A stretch of DNA of 64,000 nt, taken from the NCBI GenBank assembly GCA_037441675.1, contig JBBIRS010000004.1, forward strand, positions 30,607 to 94,606. Direction: 5' to 3'. The position numbers and the translations under genes are program-made. This DNA is from Planctomycetales bacterium. Lineage in GTDB: Bacteria; 4484-113. Numbering within the stretch: the first letter of the stretch is position 1; each line of letters begins with the position of its first letter. Under the pieces are notes generated by a model. That model was not told the DNA's origin, made no database searches, and was given only the letters and a program-made list of their open reading frames with translations. Of this stretch, positions 30,523 to 40,786 are shown piece after piece.

Positions 30523-31380
30523 TCATTGAGTTGATTTCTCAGCTGCTTCTTTTGCAGAGGCACGGATTGCCTCCTTCTCGTCGGCAAATACGTCCTTGTA
30601 GGTGCCAAGGGGGAATTCCTTAACCATTTCAGTGCCAACCCAAGCCACTGCATCCTGTGGTGTCATCTTCCAGCCTACGTTGCAGTTAGATAGAATTTCC
30701 ACCAACCCAAAACCCTTGTCTTCCAATTGAGCTCGGAAAGCTTTACGAATTGCCGCCTTAGTCTTTAGAATGTTCTTGCTATCATGACAGCTAGTTCTTG
30801 CGCAAAATGCTACACCGCTCAAAGGTGCAATCATTTCGCAAACTTTAATGGGCCAGCCTATTCTTTCAGGGATTCTTCCCTCAGGAGTGGTAGTAGTGAC
30901 CTGCCCCAAAAGCGTGGTCGGAGCCATCTGCCCTCCGGTCATTCCATAAATAGCATTATTTATAAAGATGACCGTTAAGCGTTCGCCACGATTTGCTGCG
31001 TGAATTGTTTCTGCTGTTCCAATTGCAGCAAGATCCCCATCTCCCTGATATGAAATTAGAACCGCATTGGGGTGAATTCGCTTGATACCAGTTCCCACTG
31101 CTAAAGCTCTACCATGAGCGCAGGATATGAAATCAAAATCAAAAAACTCATAGGAGAAAACACTGCAACCCACGCTAGCAAGCCCTATGCATCGGTTCTT
31201 TATTCCTAACTCATCAATTACCTCCGCGATAAGACGATGAACAGTTCCGTGATTACAGCCTGGACAATAGGTGAAGCGTTTTTCCGAAAGAGCCTTTGGA
31301 CGGTCAAATACTAGTTCGTGGTCGTTTGTCCCGATAGAAAAAATTGTTTTCTTTTCCGTTGATGTTTCCAAATTATTCAC
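30523..31380 (-). CDS. 2-oxoacid:ferredoxin oxidoreductase beta subunit (TPP-binding)
   Basis: YCPGCNHG, YQGDGDLAAIG, NNAIYGMTGGQMAPTT. Confidence 0.95.
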   Translation of the reverse strand: MNNLETSTEKKTIFSIGTNDHELVFDRPKALSEKRFTYCPGCNHGTVHRLIAEVIDELGIKNRCIGLASVGCSVFSYEFFDFDFISCAHGRALAVGTGIKRIHPNAVLISYQGDGDLAAIGTAETIHAANRGERLTVIFINNAIYGMTGGQMAPTTLLGQVTTTTPEGRIPERIGWPIKVCEMIAPLSGVAFCARTSCHDSKNILKTKAAIRKAFRAQLEDKGFGLVEILSNCNVGWKMTPQDAVAWVGTEMVKEFPLGTYKDVFADEKEAIRASAKEAAEKSTQ

Positions 31381-31421
31381 CTCATGATCTCAATTCGTAA
31401 CTTCATCACTCAATTCCTTCT

Positions 31422-32579
31422 TCACTCAATTCTTGGATCAATCCTAAAAAGAGTGTCAGGACAGTTTGGGTTAGCAAATATCTTATAGATGGGTTCAAGC
31501 ATATCTTCAGGTGTAAAAGTAAGTCCGCCGTGTTTAGAAATGAAGTGAACAGGCTTTCTATCTCCTACCGCAAGAATCACATCTTCAACCATTTGACCCC
31601 AATTCATCTCAGCCACCAGAATCGCTTTAACATTATCCCTTTGAGAAATCTCGCGAATTTCTTTATAGGGAAAAGGCCAAACGGTAATAGGTCGAAATAG
31701 CCCTACTTTCAATCCATCCGCCCGTGCCAGCTTAACCGCACTTCTTGCCACCCTACTTGGACTCCCAATAGATATAATTATCAACTCGGCGTCTTCCGTA
31801 ATATATTCCGAATAACGTACTTCCTCGCTCTTCAACCGCTCATACTTTTTTATTAGGCGCTCATGAATGGGTGCCATATCCTCACCAAGAAGATAAATCG
31901 TGGAAATCAAGTGGCGATCTCTACCCTCTTGATATGGATTTAAGCACCATTCGCTTTTATCTGGAGGCTCAATAATAGGCATTTCAGAAAAATCCACTGG
32001 TTCCATCATTTGACCGATAGTGCCATCAGTAAGAATGAGGGCAGGATTTCTCCATTTGTCCGAGAGGTCAAATGCAAGGTAAGTGAATAAAGCCATTTCG
32101 TGAACCGAATTGGGAGCAAGTGTGATTGTGCGGTAATCACCATGTCCACCACCTCTAGTTCCCTGAAAATAATCACCCTGATGGGGAGCAATATTGCCAA
32201 GACCTGGACCACAACGAACAACGTTAATAATGACACACGGAAGCTCGCTCATCGCAATATAGCTAATCCCCTCTTGCTTTAGAGAAATTCCCGGAGAAGA
32301 AGATGAAGTCATCGCACGGGCGCCAGCAGCAGATGCGCCCATAACCATATTAATTGCTACAACCTCACTCTCAGACTGAATGAATACTCCGCCCCACTTC
32401 CATATGTTCGCGCTCATATACTCTGGAATTTCATTCTGGGGAGTTATTGGATAACCTGCAAAGAATTTGCATCCCGCACGAAGTGCGCCCTCGCAGGCAG
32501 CTTCATTCCCCTTCATGAAAATCCTTTCCGACTTTTCACCTTTTCCCAAATTAATCCTCTCTGTCGTTAGTATAGCCAA
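31422..32579 (-). CDS. vorB: 2-oxoacid:ferredoxin oxidoreductase alpha subunit (VorB/2-oxoisovalerate type)
   Basis: MKGNEA, GYPITPQNEIPE, TSSSSPGISLKQEG, GPGLGNI, RGGGHGDY; TTG start. Confidence 0.9.
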   Translation of the reverse strand: MAILTTERINLGKGEKSERIFMKGNEAACEGALRAGCKFFAGYPITPQNEIPEYMSANIWKWGGVFIQSESEVVAINMVMGASAAGARAMTSSSSPGISLKQEGISYIAMSELPCVIINVVRCGPGLGNIAPHQGDYFQGTRGGGHGDYRTITLAPNSVHEMALFTYLAFDLSDKWRNPALILTDGTIGQMMEPVDFSEMPIIEPPDKSEWCLNPYQEGRDRHLISTIYLLGEDMAPIHERLIKKYERLKSEEVRYSEYITEDAELIIISIGSPSRVARSAVKLARADGLKVGLFRPITVWPFPYKEIREISQRDNVKAILVAEMNWGQMVEDVILAVGDRKPVHFISKHGGLTFTPEDMLEPIYKIFANPNCPDTLFRIDPRIE

Positions 32580-32591
32580 TAAAAAACCTCC

Positions 32592-32900
32592 TTAATCCAT
32601 ACTCTTAGGATTTGGTGCGCTAACTCCAGCAACCTTCACATCTCTCTCCTCATTCTCCTTTACCAAACCTGCTGACTTACTTTTCCTTGCATCTCGGTAA
32701 ACCCGAATCGCCACATCTGGGCAAACTATCGCACATAGCATGCAAGCATTGCATTTTCCATCAGGATCTAGAAACTCTACCGGATAAAGACCTTGCTTGT
32801 TCACTTTAGAATTAGTTGAGTGTATAAGGCTGAACTTACAGGTAGGAATGCACAAGTGGCATCCCTTGCACTCATCCTCAAGAATTACTATGTAACTCAT
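32592..32900 (-). CDS. 2x[4Fe-4S] delta subunit
   Basis: CKGCHLCIPTC and CNACMLCAIVCPD; RBS GGAGG. Confidence 0.92.
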   Translation of the reverse strand: MSYIVILEDECKGCHLCIPTCKFSLIHSTNSKVNKQGLYPVEFLDPDGKCNACMLCAIVCPDVAIRVYRDARKSKSAGLVKENEERDVKVAGVSAPNPKSMD

Positions 32901-33054
32901 AAATATTGCCTCCGATACCACCTTGACTCTAACGTGCTACTCAATCAACAGAAGAATTCTACTATAGAGAACAAATTACACTTAATACTTCGCATGTAAT
33001 TTAATGCAAAACCTGGAAGACACTATTCTTCTCTAATTTTAATATCATAGCATC

Positions 33055-33072
33055 ATAAGAAATATTTCACAA
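33055..33072. promoter_or_regulatory. Rex/CRP-like operator upstream of the oxidoreductase operon
   Basis: ATAAGAAATATTTCACAA; perfect right half-site. Confidence 0.4.
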
Positions 33073-33317
33073 TATTTTTACTTTACTTTGTTGAAATGCA
33101 TCTTCCTAAAAACATTCATCATTAGTATAATAATCAGTGTAATAGTGTTACCCATAGCTATCGTTCAGCCTTAAGTTATAGTTGAAGCAGAAGAGTAAAA
33201 AGTCCTAAATTCACTTGGGTCCTAAAGAAGTCAAATTAAATTCGAGGGAGAAAGGAACTTAAACTAAATAAAAATCTTTAGATGAAGTGTTAGTCATTTG
33301 ATATACTCTGCATTGAA

Positions 33318-34037
33318 GTGTATATCAGAAAGGACAGAAGAAGAACGGATGAAATGCGGGAAATTAAATTTGAGCCCAATTTTCATCGCCCTCACGCTAC
33401 ACTTGCGGTATTCGGCGAAACGAAGGTGATATGTTTCGCCAGCATTGAAGATAAAGTTCCGTCCTGGTTAGTTGGAGCCGAGCAGGGATGGCTAACTGCG
33501 GAGTACAGTATGCTTCCAACATCATCCCTCCCGCGCCAACCAAGAGAGAAAAATCAAGGAGGTAGAACCACAGAGATCCAAAGGCTTATTGGCAGAGCTC
33601 TCCGTGCTGGCATAAATTTAAGGGCACTGCCACCCGTTACTATCCGAATTGATTGCGATGTACTAGTGGCAGATGGGGGAACGAGAACCGCCGCAGTTTC
33701 AGGCTCATTTATCAGTCTAGCCAGCATTCTTCACGCAGAGCGATTCAAGCTTGGGTCAGTCCAACTTCTAAGACAAGTTGCGGCTGTTAGTGTTGGAATT
33801 CTAAACGGTGAGGTCCTTCTGGACTTAAATTACGAGGAAGACAGCACTTGTGACGTTGACGCGAATATCGTCAAGGGTAGCGATGGTACGCTTATTGAGA
33901 TTGGAATAAGCGCTGAAAGAAACACTTTCACTCAGGAGGAGGTTGATAAAATACTTAAAGTTGCGGATAAAGGTATACAAGAGGTTCTAAAAGAGCAGAG
34001 AAAATATATTCCTAAAAGCCTACTGCCGGAATTATGA
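33318..34037 (+). CDS. rph: Ribonuclease PH
   Basis: GWLTAEYSMLP, GRTTEIQRLIGRALR, DCDVLVADGGTRTA, LDLNYEEDS. Confidence 0.96.
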   Translation: MYIRKDRRRTDEMREIKFEPNFHRPHATLAVFGETKVICFASIEDKVPSWLVGAEQGWLTAEYSMLPTSSLPRQPREKNQGGRTTEIQRLIGRALRAGINLRALPPVTIRIDCDVLVADGGTRTAAVSGSFISLASILHAERFKLGSVQLLRQVAAVSVGILNGEVLLDLNYEEDSTCDVDANIVKGSDGTLIEIGISAERNTFTQEEVDKILKVADKGIQEVLKEQRKYIPKSLLPEL

Positions 34038-34218
34038 ATAAAAATAAGTTAACTTACTATTTATTGTATTGCTCAATACTGCCAGTATTATGCCAGTATT
34101 AAATGGAAATTTCTTGAAAAGCACTAGATGTAATTAAGCGTAGCGAAATTATCAGCATAGTATGAGGTTCTTAGGCAACTGAAATTGTGATACTACTGTT
34201 TTCTAAAATTCATAAAAA

Positions 34219-34404
34219 TTAGGCTTCATCACCTGGAACTGGTGCACCTATTGGACATGCTTCAGCGCATTCTCCGCAGTCAGTACAGGTTTCAGGATCA
34301 ATAACCGCTTTTACAGATCCATCTGGAACAGAAATTGATTCACTTGGACAAACGTCAATGCAATCCAGGTTCAACTCGCATTTATCGGTAATCACATAAG
34401 CCAT
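34219..34404 (-). CDS. 4Fe-4S dicluster-type ferredoxin
   Basis: AYVITDKCELNLDCIDVCP..IDPETCTDCGECAEACP; second Cys of cluster 1 replaced by Asn. Confidence 0.92.
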   Translation of the reverse strand: MAYVITDKCELNLDCIDVCPSESISVPDGSVKAVIDPETCTDCGECAEACPIGAPVPGDEA

Positions 34405-34493
34405 TTTTTTGAACTCCTAAATGAATATTGAAACTTTCTTTCCACCAAATTATACCATAGTTGCGTATAAATTAACTCTAAACTCTTGAGAAC

Positions 34494-34511
34494 TTGTAAT
34501 ATAATTCACAA
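34494..34511. promoter_or_regulatory. Rex/CRP-like operator upstream of ferredoxin
   Basis: TTGTAATATAATTCACAA; 2 mismatches to TTGTGAA-N4-TTCACAA. Confidence 0.55.
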
Positions 34512-34560
34512 GGTTATCCATCTAATCAGGGTAATATCCTTGTGGCTAATTACTTGTGGA

Positions 34561-35484
34561 TTATTTAATCCTATATCGTACAACCGCAGGATTCGGGTAA
34601 GGCGCTTTATCCTTTTCATAGATATAAAAGCCTGCTCCAGTTTTCATTCCGAGCTGACCAGCTTCTACGAGCCTTTTGAGTAATGGACTTGCACGGTAAG
34701 CGCTACCAAACTCGTCTTCCAACACATCGCAAACAGCAACTATCACATCAAGCCCCACGAAATCCATTGTAGTTAAGGGTCCCATTTTATGACCGAGACA
34801 CAATGTAGTTTTATCAGCATCCTCTACGCTCATTATTCCCTCCTCCACGACTCGCGCCGCCTCATTAACAAAGGGTATGAACATTCTGTTTATGCCAAAA
34901 CCTGCCTTGTCCTCCGCCGGTATGGGAACTTTGCCCAAATCATCACAAAGAGCAATTATGGTATTATATGTACTGTCACTTGTCAGAAGTCCTCGTATGA
35001 CTTCAACTCCTGGTTGAAGAGGAACAGGATTCATAAAATGCATGCCAATGAATCTATCTGGATGCGTGTAGTTGCTTGCTAAGCTAGTTATGGTAATTGA
35101 GCTAGTGTTAGATGCTAAAAAGCCATTATAGCCCAAATCAGATAGTTTCTTGAAAGTTTGGGCTTTAACCTGGTAATCTTCAAAGACCGCTTCAATAATG
35201 ATGTCTCTGTCGGCAAGGGCTTCAAGTGTGGAAGATGTTTTTATCCTAGAAAGTGCATCATCACGCTTTTCAGAAGAAATTCCCTTCTCCCCACCACTTT
35301 TCTCATAAGATGCTACGAGCTTATCTAGAGAGCTCTTTATGCGACTAAGCCCTTTTTCCAGGACTTCATCGGATACATCAACAACGGTTACTTCAAACCC
35401 TGAAGTAGCACAAACTTGCGCTATTCCAGAACCCATCGTCCCAATACCAATAACACCAACCTTGGAAAATCCTGATTTAGCCAT
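34561..35484 (-). CDS. hbd: 3-hydroxybutyryl-CoA dehydrogenase
   Basis: GVIGIGTMGSGIAQ, IIEAVFE, ASNTSS, GMHFMNP, MGPL. Confidence 0.92.
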   Translation of the reverse strand: MAKSGFSKVGVIGIGTMGSGIAQVCATSGFEVTVVDVSDEVLEKGLSRIKSSLDKLVASYEKSGGEKGISSEKRDDALSRIKTSSTLEALADRDIIIEAVFEDYQVKAQTFKKLSDLGYNGFLASNTSSITITSLASNYTHPDRFIGMHFMNPVPLQPGVEVIRGLLTSDSTYNTIIALCDDLGKVPIPAEDKAGFGINRMFIPFVNEAARVVEEGIMSVEDADKTTLCLGHKMGPLTTMDFVGLDVIVAVCDVLEDEFGSAYRASPLLKRLVEAGQLGMKTGAGFYIYEKDKAPYPNPAVVRYRIK

Positions 35485-35545
35485 ATGAACCTCCCTTGGT
35501 TAAGAGTTTTGCCTTCGTCTTATTATACCATAGCCATAAACTGCT

Positions 35546-35563
35546 TGGTGAAGAGTTTCACTA
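35546..35563. promoter_or_regulatory. Rex/CRP-like operator upstream of hbd
   Basis: TGGTGAAGAGTTTCACTA; 2 mismatches; lies over the -35 region of an extended -10 (TGGTATAAT, minus strand). Confidence 0.5.
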
Positions 35564-35627
35564 ATGAATGAGCCTGTTAAATTGAACATCAATTAACTAT
35601 CCGCAGAAAGGGTGATAAAATCCCAAT

Positions 35628-36479
35628 GTGCAATCAAAAGGCAAGCTTTATCTAATTGGCACCCCCATTGGTAATCTTGATGATATAACAATCCGCGCAC
35701 TCAAGACATTAAAGGAGTGTGATGTAATACTTTGCGAAGACACTAGAGTCACTCTGAAGCTTTTGACAAAATTCTCAATTAAAAAAAGGTTAATCGCATT
35801 TCATGGAGAAAGCAGAGGGAAAGTCCTAGCAAATGTTAGAAAGATGCTTTTGGAGGGGAGGGTCCTTGGTTATGTTACTGACGCAGGTATGCCATCTGTG
35901 TCTGATCCTGGACCAAAACTCGTGGAAACAGCACTTTCTGCTGGTTGCCAAGTAATTTCTGTACCGGGTGTATCTGCTGTTACCACCGCCATTTCTTATA
36001 TCAATGAAGAATACTCTGGTTTCACTTTTGTCGGTTATAAGACTGGTTCAAAGTCCTCCCTTCTCAAGCTTGTGGAAGCGCTTGAGTCAGCGGAGAGTCC
36101 GACTGTAGTTTTCGTTCCACCCCACGACTTAAAAAAGCTTCTTCAATTCATTGTTAATTCAACTTCTGATAATTTGAAACTAATTATATGTCGGGAGTTA
36201 ACGAAAAAGTTTGAGGAGGTTAGATACTCAACAGTTGGAGAAACTTTAGAAAATGTCTTAGAGTTAGCAAGGGGAGAATTAACTTTAGTTTTTATGCCTA
36301 CGAAAAAGCCTAAGTCAGGTAAGTTAACTTCAACATTAGAGGAGTTAAGAATAAATCCAATTAAATTAGCAAAAAAACTCAAGGATAAAGGATTCAGCGG
36401 TAGGGACATTTTGCGTCTCTTCCGTGCAATCAAGCCCTCTCTTGCTAATCAGGTTCAAAAGTATATATATAATAAGTAA
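35628..36479 (+). CDS. rsmI: 16S rRNA (cytidine-1402-2'-O)-methyltransferase
   Basis: LYLIGTPIGNLDDIT, CEDTR, DAGMPSVSDPG, RELTKKFEE. Confidence 0.95.
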   Translation: MQSKGKLYLIGTPIGNLDDITIRALKTLKECDVILCEDTRVTLKLLTKFSIKKRLIAFHGESRGKVLANVRKMLLEGRVLGYVTDAGMPSVSDPGPKLVETALSAGCQVISVPGVSAVTTAISYINEEYSGFTFVGYKTGSKSSLLKLVEALESAESPTVVFVPPHDLKKLLQFIVNSTSDNLKLIICRELTKKFEEVRYSTVGETLENVLELARGELTLVFMPTKKPKSGKLTSTLEELRINPIKLAKKLKDKGFSGRDILRLFRAIKPSLANQVQKYIYNK

Positions 36480-36506
36480 TGAACTTTAGCTCGTAAGAGC
36501 TCATAA

Positions 36507-37658
36507 ATGACCGATAAACCGATGGACGAAGATAAAGACAAGAAGGAAAATCAAGAAGAATCAACCACTTTGGCGGAGGATAGTGTTAAAGCTTCATCCG
36601 TGCCAAAGAAGAAAGACGTAAAACTCATTTGGATTTCAGTCCTAGGTTTATTTCTAATAATCGCATTTGCGGTTATTTTCGTAAGACCTATTGAGGATAG
36701 AGGGATTAGATTATGGCTTCTTAACCATACGCCTGATCAGCTCGTAATAGTAAATCCTGATACCGCCGAGATTGAGAAGGAACTTTTGATTGCGGATGGA
36801 CTTGTTCAACTTATTTTTAATAATAGGAAAGATACCGCATATATCGCTAACGTTGTTGATGTGTCAAACAGAATAACCGTCCTTGATACAAGGACTTATC
36901 TTAAGTCGGAAACGATAATCGTAGATGGAGTACCTCAAGGACTCGCTATTTTTAACGATGATAAGAGGCTAGCTGTTATTTCTGGAAGCAAGACCGACTT
37001 TATGGCTGGCGGATTTGATATCCTCGACCTCACTCGTCAATCCGCGGTTGACCCTAATAGAAAGGTTGTTCTATACCGTGAAAGGGGACTTGTGCTTACC
37101 ACTTCCATTTATGTTGACGAAAATGGAAACATTTACTGTTTAGACGCTAAGGATAGTAGGGTCTTTATCTTTGATTCGAAAATCAATAAGCTGGTAAAAG
37201 CCATTGACATTGGCTCTGCACCTATATCACTTTACTATCCTGAAGGAGGCAAATACTTCTTCGTTACCTCAATTGATGACGAATCAATAACTTACTTTAC
37301 GAAAAGCGAAGATCCACTGAAGATTGAGAAGGCAGGCTTATTAAAGTATATGAGATTTAGAAACATCGTTAGTAACAAGGAGGCGACCCTGCTTTACGCT
37401 CCCAGCTATGAAAAGCGAATAGTGGCAGTTATAGACGTGGAAAAAAGAAAAGTAGTAGAGGAATTTAAGCTTCCAGAAGGCTCCGAAATAATTCAGATAT
37501 CACCATTTGAGGATTTCATTTACCCGGTTGGGCGTGACACAGGAAAGATTTATGTAATGGACGCAAAGACGGGAAAAATTGTGCGGGAGATAAGCACTTC
37601 AGGGGAATTTAGAGATATAAAGGTAATTTTGAACTCTGAAAAGCCATCCTATTATTAG
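36507..37658 (+). CDS. Membrane-anchored YncE/YVTN-like beta-propeller protein
   Basis: Single TM helix then repeated blades (ITVLDT..VDGVPQG; IDIGSAP; VAVIDV). Confidence 0.75.
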   Translation: MTDKPMDEDKDKKENQEESTTLAEDSVKASSVPKKKDVKLIWISVLGLFLIIAFAVIFVRPIEDRGIRLWLLNHTPDQLVIVNPDTAEIEKELLIADGLVQLIFNNRKDTAYIANVVDVSNRITVLDTRTYLKSETIIVDGVPQGLAIFNDDKRLAVISGSKTDFMAGGFDILDLTRQSAVDPNRKVVLYRERGLVLTTSIYVDENGNIYCLDAKDSRVFIFDSKINKLVKAIDIGSAPISLYYPEGGKYFFVTSIDDESITYFTKSEDPLKIEKAGLLKYMRFRNIVSNKEATLLYAPSYEKRIVAVIDVEKRKVVEEFKLPEGSEIIQISPFEDFIYPVGRDTGKIYVMDAKTGKIVREISTSGEFRDIKVILNSEKPSYY

Positions 37659-37666
37659 GCGGAATT

Positions 37667-38164
37667 TTGTTAGAAATTGGTACAACTTTTAATTTCATCA
37701 CTTTAGGCGAAGCTAGCCCAAGAGTTTTAGCATTCACACTGCTCGTAGCTTTTTTCATTCTTACTATCGCCCTTGTGCCTGTTGAATACAGGTTTCTAGC
37801 GAGTGCTCCAAGAAAGCTTGTCCCCTTAACGATTATTTTGGAAGTTATTGTGTTTATACTGGTAGTAACAAGTTTTCTAGCTTTTATTTTTGATTGGTTC
37901 GTAGGGATAAGAGGAGCGAAACTACTAGGAGTTATTTTAATTCTCCTCTGGGCATTTGTAATTGCTTTTCTATTTGTTCGGACTGTACTTAATTATCAAT
38001 TTGCCATTGAAGCGAGAAAAACTAGTGGAATTTCAAGAAAGGCATTGGAAGATATATATCAGGCTCTTAAAGAAAAGAAGGAAAGTGCCATAAATAAGGA
38101 TAGATACAATGACCATTTAGAAGATAATTCTGCGCCAAGGGAGAATAACCGCGATAAAAAATAG
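37667..38164 (+). CDS. Hypothetical 3-TM membrane protein
   Basis: Three hydrophobic segments and a charged tail; operon spacing. Confidence 0.7.
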   Translation: MLEIGTTFNFITLGEASPRVLAFTLLVAFFILTIALVPVEYRFLASAPRKLVPLTIILEVIVFILVVTSFLAFIFDWFVGIRGAKLLGVILILLWAFVIAFLFVRTVLNYQFAIEARKTSGISRKALEDIYQALKEKKESAINKDRYNDHLEDNSAPRENNRDKK

Positions 38165-38191
38165 TATAAAGATAAAATTCAAAGGCAAATA

Positions 38192-38722
38192 ATGAATTTA
38201 CTCATCTACGGTGAGTTCTTTTTCTTTCTAATGCTAGCAACACGAGAGGAAGCCCTGATGAGAGGGACTAAACTACTCGTAGGCTCGTTGCTGTTTGTTT
38301 TTGCCTTGAGTATTATCGCATTTTACATTTTAAGACTAACAACTAAAAGCCTACGAGAAGAAACCGCTGACTATCAAAGATTTTTGGTTAAGACAAAGAA
38401 AGATGAACTAATTGAGCTAGCGGAAAAGAAGAAAATAGAAGAAGAACAAAGGAAAACTTTAGAGGAAAGCTTAAAGGAAGAAGAAAGGTTGAGCCAAGAG
38501 ATTCTTCCCCACCTTATGGAAGTAATAGAGATGAAAATTGGCTCCGATTGCCCTCACTGCCAGACTGTTCTATCTGAGGAGACTGAAATAACAGTTTGCC
38601 CACTTTGCGAAACTGTGCACCATAGAGTCTGCTTTGATCTTAATGGATGCATAAACAGCTGTAAGCCAAAGTATGTAGCGGAATATCCATCCGGAGGCAT
38701 TAGGAAAATAATAAGGTACTGA
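38192..38722 (+). CDS. TM + coiled-coil + prokaryotic RING-finger-like protein
   Basis: CPHC-x12-CPLC-x3-HH-x2-C-x5-C-x3-C. Confidence 0.7.
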   Translation: MNLLIYGEFFFFLMLATREEALMRGTKLLVGSLLFVFALSIIAFYILRLTTKSLREETADYQRFLVKTKKDELIELAEKKKIEEEQRKTLEESLKEEERLSQEILPHLMEVIEMKIGSDCPHCQTVLSEETEITVCPLCETVHHRVCFDLNGCINSCKPKYVAEYPSGGIRKIIRY

Positions 38723-39072
38723 TCCTGAGCGATTCAGGCGCGTAACTTCCCCAAAAATTCACTGTGTATTCTTGCGTGTTTCTAATGTTTTATTTGAACT
38801 AATAAGTATGAACTTTGCTCGCAGATATTTTGACCAGATATGAGAAGCGGTGAATTTTTCATGCACTCAGATAATGCCTGAGAGGCATAACCCACTGAAA
38901 TAGTTTCTCATAAACTTGGGTATAGTAAATTAGTGGCGGAAATAGTCCGCACACAAAGTATCTTACTTCTCCACCCACGCTTCCCCTCCGGCGTGGGTTA
39001 CTACTCTTATTTTACTTTTAACCAGCTCAGTGACTACTTTAAGTTACTCGTAAAGGAGCTCTACCGTTAATC

Positions 39073-40323
39073 CTATGGGAAAAGACCACGTTCTATACCA
39101 GCACGCGCTACCCTCTCAACAGCAAGAACATAAGCGGCAAGACGGTTGTTTATGTTTTTCTCTCTCGCAATAGAGTTTACCTCTTCAAAGGATGAGACCA
39201 TTACTCTTTCCAGCTCGGAATTAACCCTTTGCTCGTCCCAGTGGAAGTTGTAGAGATTCTGCACCCATTCAAAGTAAGATACGGTTACTCCGCCAGCGTT
39301 GGCGAGGATGTCCGGAAGCACGAAGACGCCATTCTTAAAGAGGATCTCGTCCGCCTCAGGTGTGGTAGGACCATTAGCAGCCTCTCCAACTACTTTAGCA
39401 CGAATCTTTCCAGCGTTTTTACTAGTTATAACATTTTCCAGGGCTGCTGGAACAAGTACATCTACTTCAAGCTCTAATAGCTCCTCATTTGAAATGGGTT
39501 TTGTGCCAGGAAAACCTACCACAGAACCTGTTGAGTTTTTGTACTCCAAGACTGCTTTGGGATCAATACCGTCAGGATTGATAATCCCGCCCTTACTGTC
39601 TGAAACCGCTATAACTTTAATACCTAACTCGGAGAGGAGTCTGGCGGAAATTGCGCCGGCATTTCCGTAACCCTGAACCGCAGCGGTGGAGGATTTTGGA
39701 TCAATTCCTAAATACTTCAACGCCTCACGTATTGTAAACACACAACCTCTAGCGGTAGCCTCATTCCTGCCAACACTTCCACCTAAATCAATTGGCTTCC
39801 CAGTAACAACACCTGGAACTGTGTAACCCTTTAGGATACTGTAGGTATCCATAATCCACGCCATTGTTTGTGGGTTGGTGTAAACGTCAGGAGCGGGAAT
39901 GTCCTTTTCGGGTCCAATGATAGGACTAATCATAAAAGTATACCGCCGCGTCAGTCTTTCAATTTCGCTGAGTGTCATTTGCTTAGGGTTGCATCTAATC
40001 CCACCCTTACCACCTCCATATGGCAGATTGACTACCGCGCATTTCCATGTCATCCACATAGATAGTGCAACCACTTCATCCTCACTCGTATCTGGGTGGT
40101 AACGAATACCACCTTTCGTAGGCCCTCGGAAATTGTTGTGTTGACTCCTCCACCCACTGAACACGACCACATTACCATCGTCCATCTTGACGGGGACTGC
40201 AACCTTTAACACTAGGGCAGGCTCTCTCAACCTGTTGTGAAGATTGGGATCAAGATTGAGAATCTCTGCAGCTTGATCAAGCTGTTTTTGGGCAATCAAC
40301 TTGGGATTAAGTTCTTCTGGCAT
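39073..40323 (-). CDS. gdhA: Glutamate dehydrogenase
   Basis: GPTKGGIRYHP, MTWKCAV, GGGKGG, DIPAPDV, ANAGGVTVSYFEWVQN. Confidence 0.97.
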   Translation of the reverse strand: MPEELNPKLIAQKQLDQAAEILNLDPNLHNRLREPALVLKVAVPVKMDDGNVVVFSGWRSQHNNFRGPTKGGIRYHPDTSEDEVVALSMWMTWKCAVVNLPYGGGKGGIRCNPKQMTLSEIERLTRRYTFMISPIIGPEKDIPAPDVYTNPQTMAWIMDTYSILKGYTVPGVVTGKPIDLGGSVGRNEATARGCVFTIREALKYLGIDPKSSTAAVQGYGNAGAISARLLSELGIKVIAVSDSKGGIINPDGIDPKAVLEYKNSTGSVVGFPGTKPISNEELLELEVDVLVPAALENVITSKNAGKIRAKVVGEAANGPTTPEADEILFKNGVFVLPDILANAGGVTVSYFEWVQNLYNFHWDEQRVNSELERVMVSSFEEVNSIAREKNINNRLAAYVLAVERVARAGIERGLFP

Positions 40324-40372
40324 TTTTATCCTCCTGAATTAAATCAATATTTATACGCCAAAGCCTATGAAT

Positions 40373-40390
40373 TAGTGAAATATATCACTA
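40373..40390. promoter_or_regulatory. Rex/CRP-like operator upstream of gdhA
   Basis: Palindrome TAGTGA-AATATA-TCACTA, 50 nt before the start codon. Confidence 0.5.
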
Positions 40391-40786
40391 TTTACTTATT
40401 ATAGGTAAATTATCTCTTACTAGCTTTTGACGCATTTGAATCATTATAGCAAAATTACTTCCTATTGTAAAGTCAAGTATATGCAAGCCAAATGAGCGAA
40501 CAAGGCACCATGTGTTGGTATGATAATATGAGATAATTTTCACATATCTCTTGGCTTTATCATGTAAGATCTTATTAATTTTTCGCATGTAACAAGGCAG
40601 TAAACTCGTGTCGTAGTCAAAATGGGTATCCTCAATTCTCCATGTTTTTTTAACATTTATGTCTTAATAACTATAGCTTCATAGATATTTTTAGCATAAA
40701 ACATAATTTACGGTATACTTTATCTCAGGAAGAAGTTAGACTATAACAAAATTAATGAGTGAATTATGGTGGTGAAATAGATACAG

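Noticed and set aside
34076..34101. TGCCAGTATTA tandem repeat
   Set aside because: Two copies only; probably slippage
38974..38998. Hairpin CCCACGC/GCGTGGG between convergent genes
   Set aside because: Possibly a terminator, but it has no clear U-tract and there is no evidence for an ncRNA
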